Positions 1 through 9,374 of a stretch of 64,000 nt of DNA are shown piece after piece (the first letter of the stretch is position 1; each line of letters opens with the position of its first letter). The DNA is from Leptonemataceae bacterium (GTDB taxonomy: Bacteria; Spirochaetota; Leptospiria; Leptospirales; Leptonemataceae): NCBI GenBank assembly GCA_965227295.1, contig OZ245742.1, forward strand, positions 1,664,001 to 1,728,000. The letters run 5' to 3'. The translations under genes and the position numbers were made by a program. The notes beneath the pieces are model-generated. The model searched no databases and was not told the origin of the DNA. It was given only the letters and a program-made list of their open reading frames with translations.

Positions 1-2
1 CC

Positions 3-440
3 ATGGTATCCTATCGTTTCGCTTTCGGCCTGTTCGTTTCCGCCCTGCTCGCGCTCAGCCTCCACTGTGGCGGTCCGTCCGGTGGTGACGAGGCCGGCGC
101 TACCGGTGAGGTCAGTCTGACCATCACGAACGGCGACGAGACGACGGAGCTGAATGCGGGCATCGCTTCCGGGGCCACTGTTCTGGAACTCGTGCAAAAG
201 CTCACAGCTGCGAACGAACTCAGCGCCGAGATCGAAGGCGAGGGAGGGGAGGCCTTTCTGAAGAGCCTGAACGGCGCGGTCGCCGAGGGCGAGGGCCGCA
301 ACTGGCTGTACGCCGTAAACGGCAAGCTGGCCCCCGTGGGCATCGGCAATCAGAGCCTCAGCCCGGGGGACGAAGTGGCCTTTTGCTACCTCAAATGGGA
401 CGATCGGGCGGAATGCGGCGTTCCCGGCGAAGACCATTGA
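3..440 (+). CDS. DUF4430 (transcobalamin C-terminal-like) lipoprotein, candidate cobalamin-binding protein
   Basis: Signal peptide with lipobox-like LSLHC; C-terminal WLYAVNGKLAPVGIGNQSLSPGDEV matches the DUF4430 W-x-Y-x-VNG...L-x-x-GD pattern. Confidence 0.75.
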   Translation: MVSYRFAFGLFVSALLALSLHCGGPSGGDEAGATGEVSLTITNGDETTELNAGIASGATVLELVQKLTAANELSAEIEGEGGEAFLKSLNGAVAEGEGRNWLYAVNGKLAPVGIGNQSLSPGDEVAFCYLKWDDRAECGVPGEDH

Positions 441-452
441 GGCACGTTAGCC

Positions 453-1106
453 GTGAAAGTACTTGACGTGAGCCGTTTCGGCCGGAGGCTATCCTCCGCT
501 ATGCAGAAATTCGTCCGCCCCGCACTCATTGTCTCAGCTTTGATCGGCCTCGCCGCCGTCAGCCGACTGATTCCCCACCCCCCGAACTTCACGGCGACCG
601 CCGCCGTGGCCCTGTTCGCGGGCTATTATTTCTACAATACACGCGCTTTTGCGTGGTTGGTGCCCATGCTGGCCATGCTCGTGAGCAACGTCATCATCGG
701 CGGCTACGATTTCTGGCAGATGCTCCTGGTGAACATCGCCATGATTCTCCCGGTCTTTGCCGGGCCGTTGCTGCGTCGGGACATTCGCGTCGAGAATCCG
801 GTACTGCGTTCGTTGCTTTCCGGCCTGCGCGTGGCAGCCTTCTCCGTGGCCGGTTCGGTGGTATTTTTTGCCCTCTCGAATCTCGCCGTCTGGGGCTTCA
901 GCGGCATGTATGAGCACAGCCTCTCCGGGCTGGCGTTCTGCTATCTGGTAGCACTGCCGTTCCTGGAAAACGACGGCAGCATGCGCTTCGCCCTCGGCAC
1001 ACTCACCGGCGATCTCTTCTACAACGGAGTCATCTTCGGCGTGTATGCGCTCGCGACCGCGCGGTCGTTTATCTTTGCCACAGAGGCACCGAGAGCACAG
1101 AGTTAA
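453..1106 (+). CDS. DUF6580 family membrane protein, putative ECF-type (cobalamin) S component; alternative ATG at 501
   Basis: R-LIPHPPNFTATAAVALFAG motif, about 6 TM helices, C-terminal C-Y-x-x-ALPF...TL-x-GDL-x-Y; directly downstream of the DUF4430 gene. Confidence 0.75.
   Translation: MKVLDVSRFGRRLSSAMQKFVRPALIVSALIGLAAVSRLIPHPPNFTATAAVALFAGYYFYNTRAFAWLVPMLAMLVSNVIIGGYDFWQMLLVNIAMILPVFAGPLLRRDIRVENPVLRSLLSGLRVAAFSVAGSVVFFALSNLAVWGFSGMYEHSLSGLAFCYLVALPFLENDGSMRFALGTLTGDLFYNGVIFGVYALATARSFIFATEAPRAQS
1078..1102 (+). repeat. Half copy of REP-like repeat (CCACAGAGGCACCGAGAGCACAGAG) overlapping the end of the DUF6580 gene
   Basis: Three tandem (A/C)C(A/C)GAG units resembling the arms at 2666 and 43483; no partner arm found. 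Confidence 0.4.
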
Positions 1107-1152
1107 GAGGGAAAGTATCGTTCGTTTTGCCGACGACGGTCGTCGGCGCAAG

Positions 1153-1182
1153 ACCGCGGGTGAGCAATCTCCGCGGTTTTTT
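1153..1182 (+). terminator. Rho-independent terminator
   Basis: ACCGCGG...CCGCGGT stem followed by a T run, between convergent genes; a second perfect palindrome lies at 1129-1147. Confidence 0.7.
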
Positions 1183-1220
1183 GGTGGGTCTTACGATGAT
1201 CGGACGGCTCTTCTCTGACT

Positions 1221-2645
1221 TCAGTTCTTAGAAACCGTGCGGCGCCCGTAGTAATAGTAGAGCAAGCCGGAACACGTGAGCCCGATTCCCGCCAATGACG
1301 ACAGCGGCGCGCTGATGAACGTCACCACCATGAACCATACCTGGATCAGCAGCACCAGGGGCAGCGTAACGTAAAACAAAGGTACCTTAAAGGGGCGTTC
1401 CAGGTCCGGCAACTTGCGGCGCAGCACCCACACCGCGGCGAACGTGGAAACGTTAAAGATCGCCGAGGTAAAGCTAAAGAAATCGATGACGGTTGCGTAG
1501 GCGTTGCCGGCGAACGAGGACGCGATCAAGAGGACGCTGGCCCAGGCGGCCTGGATGTAGAGGGCGTTGTCCGGGGTGTGATGCTTCGGATGCGTCTTCG
1601 CCAGGGGCGCGAAGAACAGGCCGTCCCGGGCCATGGCGTACCAGGTGCGGGCCTTGACCATGATCTGGGTGTTCACGTTACCGAACGTGGAGAGCATGAC
1701 CGCCCCGGCAAGGACCGCGCCGCCGATGATGCCCGCGGCGTTTTCCATGGCCACGGCGGCTATATCGCGGCGGGCGACGATCATCTCCGCCGGAGACAGC
1801 GCATACAAATACGCTAAGTTTACGGCGACATAAATTAGCATGACGCCGCCGATTCCCAGGAAGAGCGATAGCGGTAGATTGCGGCGGGGATTGCGGACCT
1901 CTTCGGCGACGTAGGTGGCCCCCTCCCAGCCGCTGTAGGCGAAGAAGCCGTAGCGCAGGGCGTGGCCGACGGCGAACATGGAACCCCAGCCCCACTCGTT
2001 CGGCCAGAAGTTTGCGGTAACGTGCGCGGTGTCGCCCGGTCCTGTAAAACAAAACGATACCAGCACGAGCAGCGCGACGACCTTCAGCGCGCTGAAGATA
2101 TTCTGCAACACGCCGGACAAGAAGACGCCGAACGTATTTGCGATGGTCAGCACCCAGATGATGGCGAGGGCGATGGCGGAGATGGTCCAGCGATGGAAGG
2201 GTTCGCCGTGGACCTTCTCGAACAGGAAACCGCCGTACTCCGCAAACACGATGGCCACGGCGACGATGGACGCCGTCTCCGATACGAAGAACATGGCCCA
2301 GCCGCGGAGAAACGTCCACACCTCCGGATATGCGGCGCGCAGATACTCGTAGGGCCCGCCGGACTTCGGCATCATTGCCACGAGTTCGGCGTAACACAAC
2401 GCGCCGAGCATGGTCGCCACTCCGCCGATGAACCAGGCGAGAAAGAACAATCCCACGGAGGCCTGGCCCGGCGGGATCTCCGCGAGGCTGTAGGACCGCG
2501 AGACCTCAAGGCCGGCCACAGCCATCATCATTAAACCCGGCGTACGAAAGATACCCGAGCCGATGATGCGACCGATGACGATGGAAAGCGCCTCGGTAAG
2601 TCCGAGGGCCTGGTCAAGCTGCGTGTTGGAGTCAGTTGTTTGCAA
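1221..2645 (-). CDS. APC superfamily amino acid permease (SteT/LAT-like)
   Basis: IIGSGIF, ELxAMMPKSGGPYxYL and FAYSGWE motifs; about 12 TM helices. Confidence 0.92.
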   Translation of the reverse strand: MQTTDSNTQLDQALGLTEALSIVIGRIIGSGIFRTPGLMMMAVAGLEVSRSYSLAEIPPGQASVGLFFLAWFIGGVATMLGALCYAELVAMMPKSGGPYEYLRAAYPEVWTFLRGWAMFFVSETASIVAVAIVFAEYGGFLFEKVHGEPFHRWTISAIALAIIWVLTIANTFGVFLSGVLQNIFSALKVVALLVLVSFCFTGPGDTAHVTANFWPNEWGWGSMFAVGHALRYGFFAYSGWEGATYVAEEVRNPRRNLPLSLFLGIGGVMLIYVAVNLAYLYALSPAEMIVARRDIAAVAMENAAGIIGGAVLAGAVMLSTFGNVNTQIMVKARTWYAMARDGLFFAPLAKTHPKHHTPDNALYIQAAWASVLLIASSFAGNAYATVIDFFSFTSAIFNVSTFAAVWVLRRKLPDLERPFKVPLFYVTLPLVLLIQVWFMVVTFISAPLSSLAGIGLTCSGLLYYYYGRRTVSKN

Positions 2646-2665
2646 GGTGTCTCTGATTTGATATT

Positions 2666-2833
2666 AACTCCGAGGACCGAGGTTCCGAGGATATCGGGAA
2701 GGGCGATCTGTCCGGTAACCGTCAGACAACGGAAACGGCTGGATAAGAAGATCTGAAGCAATTAGTTCGTAAGCCAGAGCTCATCCAAAGCAGATCTTCC
2801 CTGACTTCCCTCGACACCTCGGTCCTCGGAGTT
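2666..2833. repeat. REP/MITE-like intergenic element with perfect 18-bp terminal inverted repeats
   Basis: AACTCCGAGGACCGAGGT (2666-2683) is the exact reverse complement of ACCTCGGTCCTCGGAGTT (2816-2833), with imperfect inward extension. Confidence 0.8.
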
Positions 2834-2841
2834 TACACTCT

Positions 2842-3816
2842 TCAATAGATAGCCGTCAGCCACTCCGCGTATTGATCGTCGTCGCCGAGAACGGTGGCCA
2901 TGTACTTATCCCGCAGGCGTTGCGTGATTGCGCCGATTTCGCCCGTGCCGACAATGCGCCGATCGATTTCGCTGACCCAGGCGACCTGGGCACCGGTGCC
3001 GCAGAAGAAGACCTCGTCGGCGATGTAGAGCTCGGCCCGGGCCACGTCGCGTTCGACGACCTCGTAGCCCATGTCCTTTGCAATCGTGATGATGGAACGC
3101 CGGGTGATGCCTTCGAGTACCGATGATGCCAGGTGCGGAGTTACCAACACGCCGTCGCGAACCAAAAAGATGTTCTCGGCACTGCCCTCGCTCACGAAGC
3201 CGCGCATGTCCAGGAAGATGGCCTCGTCGAAACCGTTCTGCACCGCTTCGGACTTCGCCAGGGCCGAGTTGATGTACCCGCCGGAGGCCTTGGAACGCGT
3301 GGGGATGATGTTTTCGTCGATGCGGCGCCAGGAAGAGACGGCCACCCGCATGCCCCGGGACGTGTCGAGGTAATCGTTCAGGGGAATGGTATACATCGAA
3401 AACGCGTCGCTTACGTCGTGCAGGCGCGGCGAAAGCTGAAGCGCGGACTTGTAGATGAACGGACGATAGTAGACGTTCTTGCGATACTCGTTGCGTTTCG
3501 CCAGTTCGACGGCGACGGCGGCGATTTCGTCGGCGCCGAGCGGCGGTTGCATTTGCATGATGCGCGCGCTTTTTGTGAGCCGGCGGGTATGGTCGTTCAA
3601 CCGGAAGAGATAGAGATTCTGCCGCCGCTCGTTGTAGTAACCGCGGATGCCGCCGAAGACCATGGTGCCGTACTGGAGGGCGTGGGTGGCCACGTTCACG
3701 CCGCACTCGCGGAGTTTTTTGTATTCACCTTCGTGATAGGCGATGCTTTCTAAGTCGAGGCCCATATTTTGATGCGGGTCCGGGCTGTCGCGCTTGATGT
3801 CGTTCATATGCGTCAT
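2842..3816 (-). CDS. ilvE: Branched-chain amino acid aminotransferase (fold type IV PLP enzyme); start may be slightly downstream
   Basis: HALQYG, KASGGYINS, EGSAENIF, LEGITR and ADEVFFCGT motifs. Confidence 0.93.
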   Translation of the reverse strand: MTHMNDIKRDSPDPHQNMGLDLESIAYHEGEYKKLRECGVNVATHALQYGTMVFGGIRGYYNERRQNLYLFRLNDHTRRLTKSARIMQMQPPLGADEIAAVAVELAKRNEYRKNVYYRPFIYKSALQLSPRLHDVSDAFSMYTIPLNDYLDTSRGMRVAVSSWRRIDENIIPTRSKASGGYINSALAKSEAVQNGFDEAIFLDMRGFVSEGSAENIFLVRDGVLVTPHLASSVLEGITRRSIITIAKDMGYEVVERDVARAELYIADEVFFCGTGAQVAWVSEIDRRIVGTGEIGAITQRLRDKYMATVLGDDDQYAEWLTAIY

Positions 3817-3927
3817 ATGCGCCGGGAGCGAAACTGAGCCTCCCGTGGTCTTTTTTTGTCAATGAAAGTGCGATGAGGTCGGCTCAAAAACAGTTGAATC
3901 ACCGGGAAAACCTCCCTTCCTGTCCAC

Positions 3928-6594
3928 ATGCAACAGAGCGCCTCGCATCCTCGTTCCGTCGTCCGTCTGTCGGAGTATCGTCCGCCGGATTGGTGGTCCA
4001 CCCACATCGATCTCGTCTTTGAACTCGATCCGGAACGTACGGTGGTAACGGCGCGTACGAAGTTCGAACGTAACACGGCCGCACCCGCGGACGCCCCGCT
4101 CGTTCTCAACGGCGAGCACATCCTGGAACTCCGCTCCGTAAAGATCGACGGAACGGAACTGGACGCGGCGGAAGCGGAGTACGTACGGAGCGATACTCAC
4201 CTGACGATACCCCGGCCTCCGGCCGATCGTTTCGAACTGGAGGTGGTCAACGTCATCGCCCCGGCGCAGAACACGGCCCTGGAAGGCCTGTACATGTCAT
4301 CCGGTATGTACTGCACCCAATGCGAGGCCGAGGGGTTCCGGCGCATCACTTACAGTCAGGATCGTCCGGACGTGATGTCGCTGTACACGACGACGATCAT
4401 CGCCGATACCGCCGGGTTTCCGGTGCTCCTGTCCAACGGCAATCCGGTGGATCGGGAAGAACTAACTACAGGCGATCGTAGGTTAACACGCGTTACCTGG
4501 GAAGATCCGTTTCCGAAGCCGTCGTACCTGTTTGCCCTGGTTGCCGGGGACCTGGGCGTGGTCCGAGATACCTTCACGACGATGTCCGGACGCGACGTCG
4601 CGTGTGAGGTGTACGTGGATCGTGGGAACGAAAGCCGCGCCGAGTTTGCCGTGCAGGCTTTGAAGGATGCCATGGCCTGGGATGAGCGGCGCTTCGGTCG
4701 CGAGTACGATCTGGACATCTACATGATCGTGGCCGTGGACGACTTCAACATGGGCGCCATGGAAAACAAGGGCCTGAACATCTTCAACAGCAAGCTCGTT
4801 CTCGCGGATCCGCGCACGGCCACCGACGAGAGCTTCGAGTTTATTCAGGGCGTCGTGGGTCACGAGTACTTCCATAACTGGACGGGCAACCGGGTCACCT
4901 GCCGGGATTGGTTCCAGCTTACGCTCAAAGAAGGCCTCACCGTTTACCGGGATCAACTGTTTACGGCGGACATGACTCACCCGGCAATTAAACGCATTAA
5001 GGACGTGGAGCATCTGCGGGCCTTTCAGTTTCCGGAGGACGCGGGACCCATGTCGCATCCGATCCAGCCGAAGCACTACATTGAAATCAATAACTTTTAT
5101 ACGATGACGGTTTATGAAAAAGGTGCCGAGGTGATCCGGATGATGGCGACGATCGCCGGTGAAGACGGCTTTCGTCGCGCCATGGACGTCTACTTCCAGC
5201 GCAACGACGGCCGGGCGGTGACGACCGAGGAATTCGTCGCCGCCATTGAGGCGGGTTCCGGGACGGACCTGAAACAGTTTCGCCGCTGGTACGACCAGAG
5301 CGGGACGCCCCGCCTGCGGGTCGCGGAACGCTACGACGCCGCCGCAAAACGCTACGAACTTACACTCACGCAGAGCAACCCTGACTACACACCGCCGTCA
5401 GAGGAGGGCCCTCCGGAGCCGCCGCCTTTGCTCATTCCGGTGAAGGTCGGCCTGCTGCATGGTCACAGCGGAGCGGAACTGCTGTCGACACGGACGCTGC
5501 TCTTAAGTGAATCCGAGCAGACATTTGTGTTTGAGAATATCGACGCCGAGCCCGTGCTTTCGATCCTCCGGGATTTTTCGGCGCCCGTGAAACTGGAGTA
5601 TCCCCGGGATCCGAAGCGCCTCGCGTTCCTGCTCGCCCACGATACCGACCTCTTTCAGCGCTGCGAAGCCGGCCGGGAACTCATGCGCCTCACGATCGAA
5701 GAGGTGCTCGCGGATATTCAAGCCGGCCGATCGCCGCAGCCGACCTCCGTCGACGCCCTGCATCAGGCCTTTGCGGAACTGCTGAAGCCCGGCAGCGATC
5801 TGGACCCGGCCTACCTGGCGCTCGCGATCAGTTTGCCGCCGGAAAGCACTTTTACGAACGAACAAAATCGCGCGGACTTTGCCGGTACGCACGAGGCGCG
5901 GAGTTTCGTGGCCCGGGAACTGAGCACCCGGAATCGGGATCGCCTGTTGGAACTTTATGAAACGCTGCGCCAATCTACGGCGTCGGAGAACCCGGACCGT
6001 CGCCGGGCCGTCGGCGAGCGCAAGTTGAAGAACCGCGTATTGTCGTACCTCATGAAGTTAGACGAACCGGAGCTGGATGCGCTCTGTCTGGCGCAGCAAA
6101 AGAACGCCGCGAACATGACCGATGAAACCGGAGCAATGTATCTTCTGGCAGATAGCGAGTCTTCGCTACGTAAAGAAAGTCTGCGTCTTTTTTATGAGCG
6201 CTGGCATCACGATGCCCTGGTCATCGATCACTGGTTTAGCGCGCAGGCCCTCTCTTCACGTGCGGATACGCTGACACAGGTGCAGGCATTACGTAGTGAC
6301 CCCGTGTTTCAATTGCGTAACCCGAACAAGGTGCGTGCATTGCTCGGTGCCTTCAGTCGCAATGCATTGCGTTTTCACGAAGAAAAAAGTTATGCTTTTC
6401 TCGCGGATTGTATCGTCGAACTGGATGCAATCAATCCGGGCATTGCCGCGCGGCTGGCCCGGGCGTGGGCGGACATCGGCCGACTGCCGGAAAACCTCGC
6501 GGAAGCGGCGCGCGGTGAGATGCGGCGCATCCGTTCCAGGGAACATCTCTCTAATGATGTCTATGAGGTCATTGATCGTTCGCTGAATTTCTAA
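3928..6594 (+). CDS. pepN: Aminopeptidase N (M1 family)
   Basis: TQCEAEGFRRIT, GAMEN, HEYFHNWTGNRVTCRDWFQLTLKEG and C-terminal NPNKVRAL. Confidence 0.97.
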   Translation: MQQSASHPRSVVRLSEYRPPDWWSTHIDLVFELDPERTVVTARTKFERNTAAPADAPLVLNGEHILELRSVKIDGTELDAAEAEYVRSDTHLTIPRPPADRFELEVVNVIAPAQNTALEGLYMSSGMYCTQCEAEGFRRITYSQDRPDVMSLYTTTIIADTAGFPVLLSNGNPVDREELTTGDRRLTRVTWEDPFPKPSYLFALVAGDLGVVRDTFTTMSGRDVACEVYVDRGNESRAEFAVQALKDAMAWDERRFGREYDLDIYMIVAVDDFNMGAMENKGLNIFNSKLVLADPRTATDESFEFIQGVVGHEYFHNWTGNRVTCRDWFQLTLKEGLTVYRDQLFTADMTHPAIKRIKDVEHLRAFQFPEDAGPMSHPIQPKHYIEINNFYTMTVYEKGAEVIRMMATIAGEDGFRRAMDVYFQRNDGRAVTTEEFVAAIEAGSGTDLKQFRRWYDQSGTPRLRVAERYDAAAKRYELTLTQSNPDYTPPSEEGPPEPPPLLIPVKVGLLHGHSGAELLSTRTLLLSESEQTFVFENIDAEPVLSILRDFSAPVKLEYPRDPKRLAFLLAHDTDLFQRCEAGRELMRLTIEEVLADIQAGRSPQPTSVDALHQAFAELLKPGSDLDPAYLALAISLPPESTFTNEQNRADFAGTHEARSFVARELSTRNRDRLLELYETLRQSTASENPDRRRAVGERKLKNRVLSYLMKLDEPELDALCLAQQKNAANMTDETGAMYLLADSESSLRKESLRLFYERWHHDALVIDHWFSAQALSSRADTLTQVQALRSDPVFQLRNPNKVRALLGAFSRNALRFHEEKSYAFLADCIVELDAINPGIAARLARAWADIGRLPENLAEAARGEMRRIRSREHLSNDVYEVIDRSLNF

Positions 6595-6808
6595 GAGCGT
6601 TGCATAGGATTCTTTAACATGTTATCCGGCGTTCTTGTAAACGTTCGCTAATATCGTTAGTCGGAATCAACTGCATATGTAAACATATTAAGCATGTAAC
6701 AGGCGACGTTAGTGGCCGGTCATTTGGTAAATATATTAAATTTAATTCTTTATTACCCTGAGAAAATAATAAATGACATGAAGTCGTCGTGCTTGCACTT
6801 TGTTCGCT

Positions 6809-7009
6809 ATGGCGAAGAAGAAAGTGGCCCGGCGCGGGCAGCCTCCATTGTATCCCGAAGATCCGTTGCGTTCGACGAACGTGAACCTCCCCAGTTCATT
6901 CTATCGTCGCATCGATCGTCTTGTAAAAAAAGGCGTGTTTAAGAAGCCATCCCAGGCGATCCGCAACGCCATCGATGCCGGCCTTCGCGAGTTCGAAGGC
7001 CGCAACTAA
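6809..7009 (+). CDS. Ribbon-helix-helix (CopG/Arc/MetJ) DNA-binding protein
   Basis: TNVNLPSSFYRRIDRLVKKGVFKKPSQAIRNAI: beta strand, helix, G-x-F turn, S-x-A-I-R helix. Confidence 0.75.
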   Translation: MAKKKVARRGQPPLYPEDPLRSTNVNLPSSFYRRIDRLVKKGVFKKPSQAIRNAIDAGLREFEGRN

Positions 7010-7177
7010 TAACGAGCAAATCGGGCCGTCCCACGGCTCCGGCTCTCATACGCCCTTCTCTCAGCTTACCCAATTAACAATTTTACGTACGCATCCTCTT
7101 CGCTGTTCAGTCTTGCGTACTCAATTTTGATGAAGCCAAAGCAGCGGCTCGTATTTCTACGGGGTTAGGGATCGCCG

Positions 7178-9226
7178 TTAGATATTTAGAACGAGGATGG
7201 TCATGTCGTCGTGGCGGGGTTGTTCGGAACGAAAGTCCTGCTCGCTTTGAATCAGTCGCGCTACTGCTTCTCGCGGTCCGTCGGCCGTCCGCGCGATTTC
7301 CAGGATTCTCTTGTGTCCGAAGAACTCACCGGTCTGGTTTGTGCTCTCCGTAAGGCCGTCGGAGAAAAGATAGAGCGTGCTCCGGGCCTTGAGTTCCCGG
7401 CTGCGGTTCTCAATGCCTGGGTCCGCCATTAATCCCAGGATCGGCCCCGTGCGTTCCAGCCACACGTGGTCGGCCGTTGCATCGGCGGGGCCGGAGAGCA
7501 GGAGTTGCTCCGGATGTCCGGCCGCGGCGTAGACGAGGCGTCGTCGTTCCAGGTCCAGGTCGACGATAAAACACGGCAGAAAGGCCTTTAATTCGAGGAA
7601 ATCCCGGCGAATGCGGCTGTTCAGTTCTCGTAAGGCGTCCGCGGGTTGTTCGCATCGCAGCTTAACTTCTTCGTATCCAGACTTAAGAGCCATGGTGTAC
7701 AACGAGGCCTGCACGCCGTGTCCCACCGCATCGGCCAGCATGAGCCGGAGGACTCCGGGTCGAATCTCGGCGAGATCGATGAAGTCTCCGCCCACCTGAT
7801 CCAGGGGCAGGTACTCGAAGTGATACTCGATGCCGCGTGTCGGTGCGAACTCCGCGTCGTGCCGCGGCAGGATGCCCTGCTGGATGGTGCGGGCGACTGC
7901 CAGGTCTTTGTTGATCTGCGCCAGGGCGGCGCTGAGTTCCCGGGTACGTTCGCGAATCTTTTGTTCAATGGATCGATTCGTTCGTTCCAGTTCGGCGGCA
8001 TAGCGTCTTAGATTGCGTTGGGCCGCGAAGAATCGACGCACCAGGAGTACGGAGATGGCGCCGATGAGCGCGAGCAGGCCGAAGCGAAATACGAAGATGT
8101 TGCTCTGTCGCAGACCGGACGCTTCGAGGATATCGTTGCCGGCCGCAAGAATCATGAGCACGATGCCGATGAGTAAGATGCGTCCTTCGATAACGGCATG
8201 CTCATCGTCGGAAGCATTGCGCCGGAAAGCGCGGCGCGCGGCAGCGACGACGATCAGCATGGAATGTGCGAGCATGTGTACATACAGGAATGGATACCAG
8301 GCGATGGGAACGACGCCGGTAAAGAGGACGGCGGCGGTAACTGCCTGGATGATCCAGGACCAATGAAACAATCGGCGCACGATGCGATCATCGAAAAACA
8401 GAAACTCGCCGAAGAGTGCCATCGCCACCGGAATCAGAAACGGCGCATTCAACTGTGCTGTTACCATGTGCACGTCCGAAAGCGGGGCGGTGATCCAGGC
8501 CACATCGGCGAAGATCAGGGCGTGCATCATTGTAATCGCGTTGAGCAAACTGAACGAGAGCAACAATCCCGTGAGGCGCGTAAAGATCGCGACAACCAGG
8601 GAACCCAGGGCGAGCAGAAAAAACAGAAACGCCAGGAGGATGTGGTCCAGGTCCCGGCCCAGGTAGTGCAGGATCATCGCATCCCGCGGTCCCACCATCG
8701 GCACCTGGCGCAAGCCCAGGAAATGAGGATGGCCCCCGTACATGCGCAGCTCGATTAGATGTTGTCCATCTTCGGTTAAGGCGGGGAGTTCGACGATGGG
8801 AATGACACGAACCTTGCGAATGTCCGGGGACTCGGCGTGCAGAGTCGCATAGGTATGCGCGCGGCGTCCGTTGACGAAGACTTCGAGTAAGTCATAAGCG
8901 TCATCGATCAGAAGTGTTTGTCGTCTGTCGTTTGCCGGGACTTGCGTGCGCATCCAGAAGAAATTCGCGGGCTGATCGCCCCGGACCTCGTGCACATCGC
9001 TGCGGAACGCGTAGGGTTGCCAGGTGCGTTCTGGTTGGCGCTGTATCTGTCCGTCCGCGGAGATCGGCATGTCGCCCTCGGACCATTCCCAGTTACGGAG
9101 CTGGCTGGTGTCACCCGCCGGAATCACGCACGCCGTGTGCAAAAAACAAAGGCACAGCATGGCGAGCCAGGTGCATCGTCGCCGGAAAGACATACTGAAA
9201 GTTGCGTCGCCCATCGTCTTCGTCAA
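7178..9226 (-). CDS. Membrane sensor PP2C/SpoIIE phosphatase (extracellular beta domain, ~7 TM, coiled coil, SpoIIE); start may be 9214 or 9193
   Basis: VGGDF, ADAVGHG, AAAGHP, FSDGLTE and HDDMT motifs; 7TM-DISM-like architecture. Confidence 0.88.
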   Translation of the reverse strand: MTKTMGDATFSMSFRRRCTWLAMLCLCFLHTACVIPAGDTSQLRNWEWSEGDMPISADGQIQRQPERTWQPYAFRSDVHEVRGDQPANFFWMRTQVPANDRRQTLLIDDAYDLLEVFVNGRRAHTYATLHAESPDIRKVRVIPIVELPALTEDGQHLIELRMYGGHPHFLGLRQVPMVGPRDAMILHYLGRDLDHILLAFLFFLLALGSLVVAIFTRLTGLLLSFSLLNAITMMHALIFADVAWITAPLSDVHMVTAQLNAPFLIPVAMALFGEFLFFDDRIVRRLFHWSWIIQAVTAAVLFTGVVPIAWYPFLYVHMLAHSMLIVVAAARRAFRRNASDDEHAVIEGRILLIGIVLMILAAGNDILEASGLRQSNIFVFRFGLLALIGAISVLLVRRFFAAQRNLRRYAAELERTNRSIEQKIRERTRELSAALAQINKDLAVARTIQQGILPRHDAEFAPTRGIEYHFEYLPLDQVGGDFIDLAEIRPGVLRLMLADAVGHGVQASLYTMALKSGYEEVKLRCEQPADALRELNSRIRRDFLELKAFLPCFIVDLDLERRRLVYAAAGHPEQLLLSGPADATADHVWLERTGPILGLMADPGIENRSRELKARSTLYLFSDGLTESTNQTGEFFGHKRILEIARTADGPREAVARLIQSEQDFRSEQPRHDDMTILVLNI

Positions 9227-9374
9227 TCAGGTACGCATGCCATTGAAGAGTCTTTCGTTTTTCCGCGCGTGCTCATTCACAATGCTTCGAAACAACGTAA
9301 TTTTTTGCGGAGCGTTTCGCGTGGCGCCGATTCGCTGTTTACCATGTGTCATGGTGCGGGCTATCGCTTTTGCC

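Noticed and set aside
6595-6800. Replication origin
   Set aside because: AT-rich, but no TTATCCACA DnaA boxes and no dnaA, par or rep genes nearby
9024-9374. N-terminal extension of the 708-aa ORF overlapping the SpoIIE gene head-to-head
   Set aside because: Atypical composition; ATG 9375 gives a signal-like start. Similar over-extended starts were trimmed at 27835, 28790, 30587, 41867 and 56983
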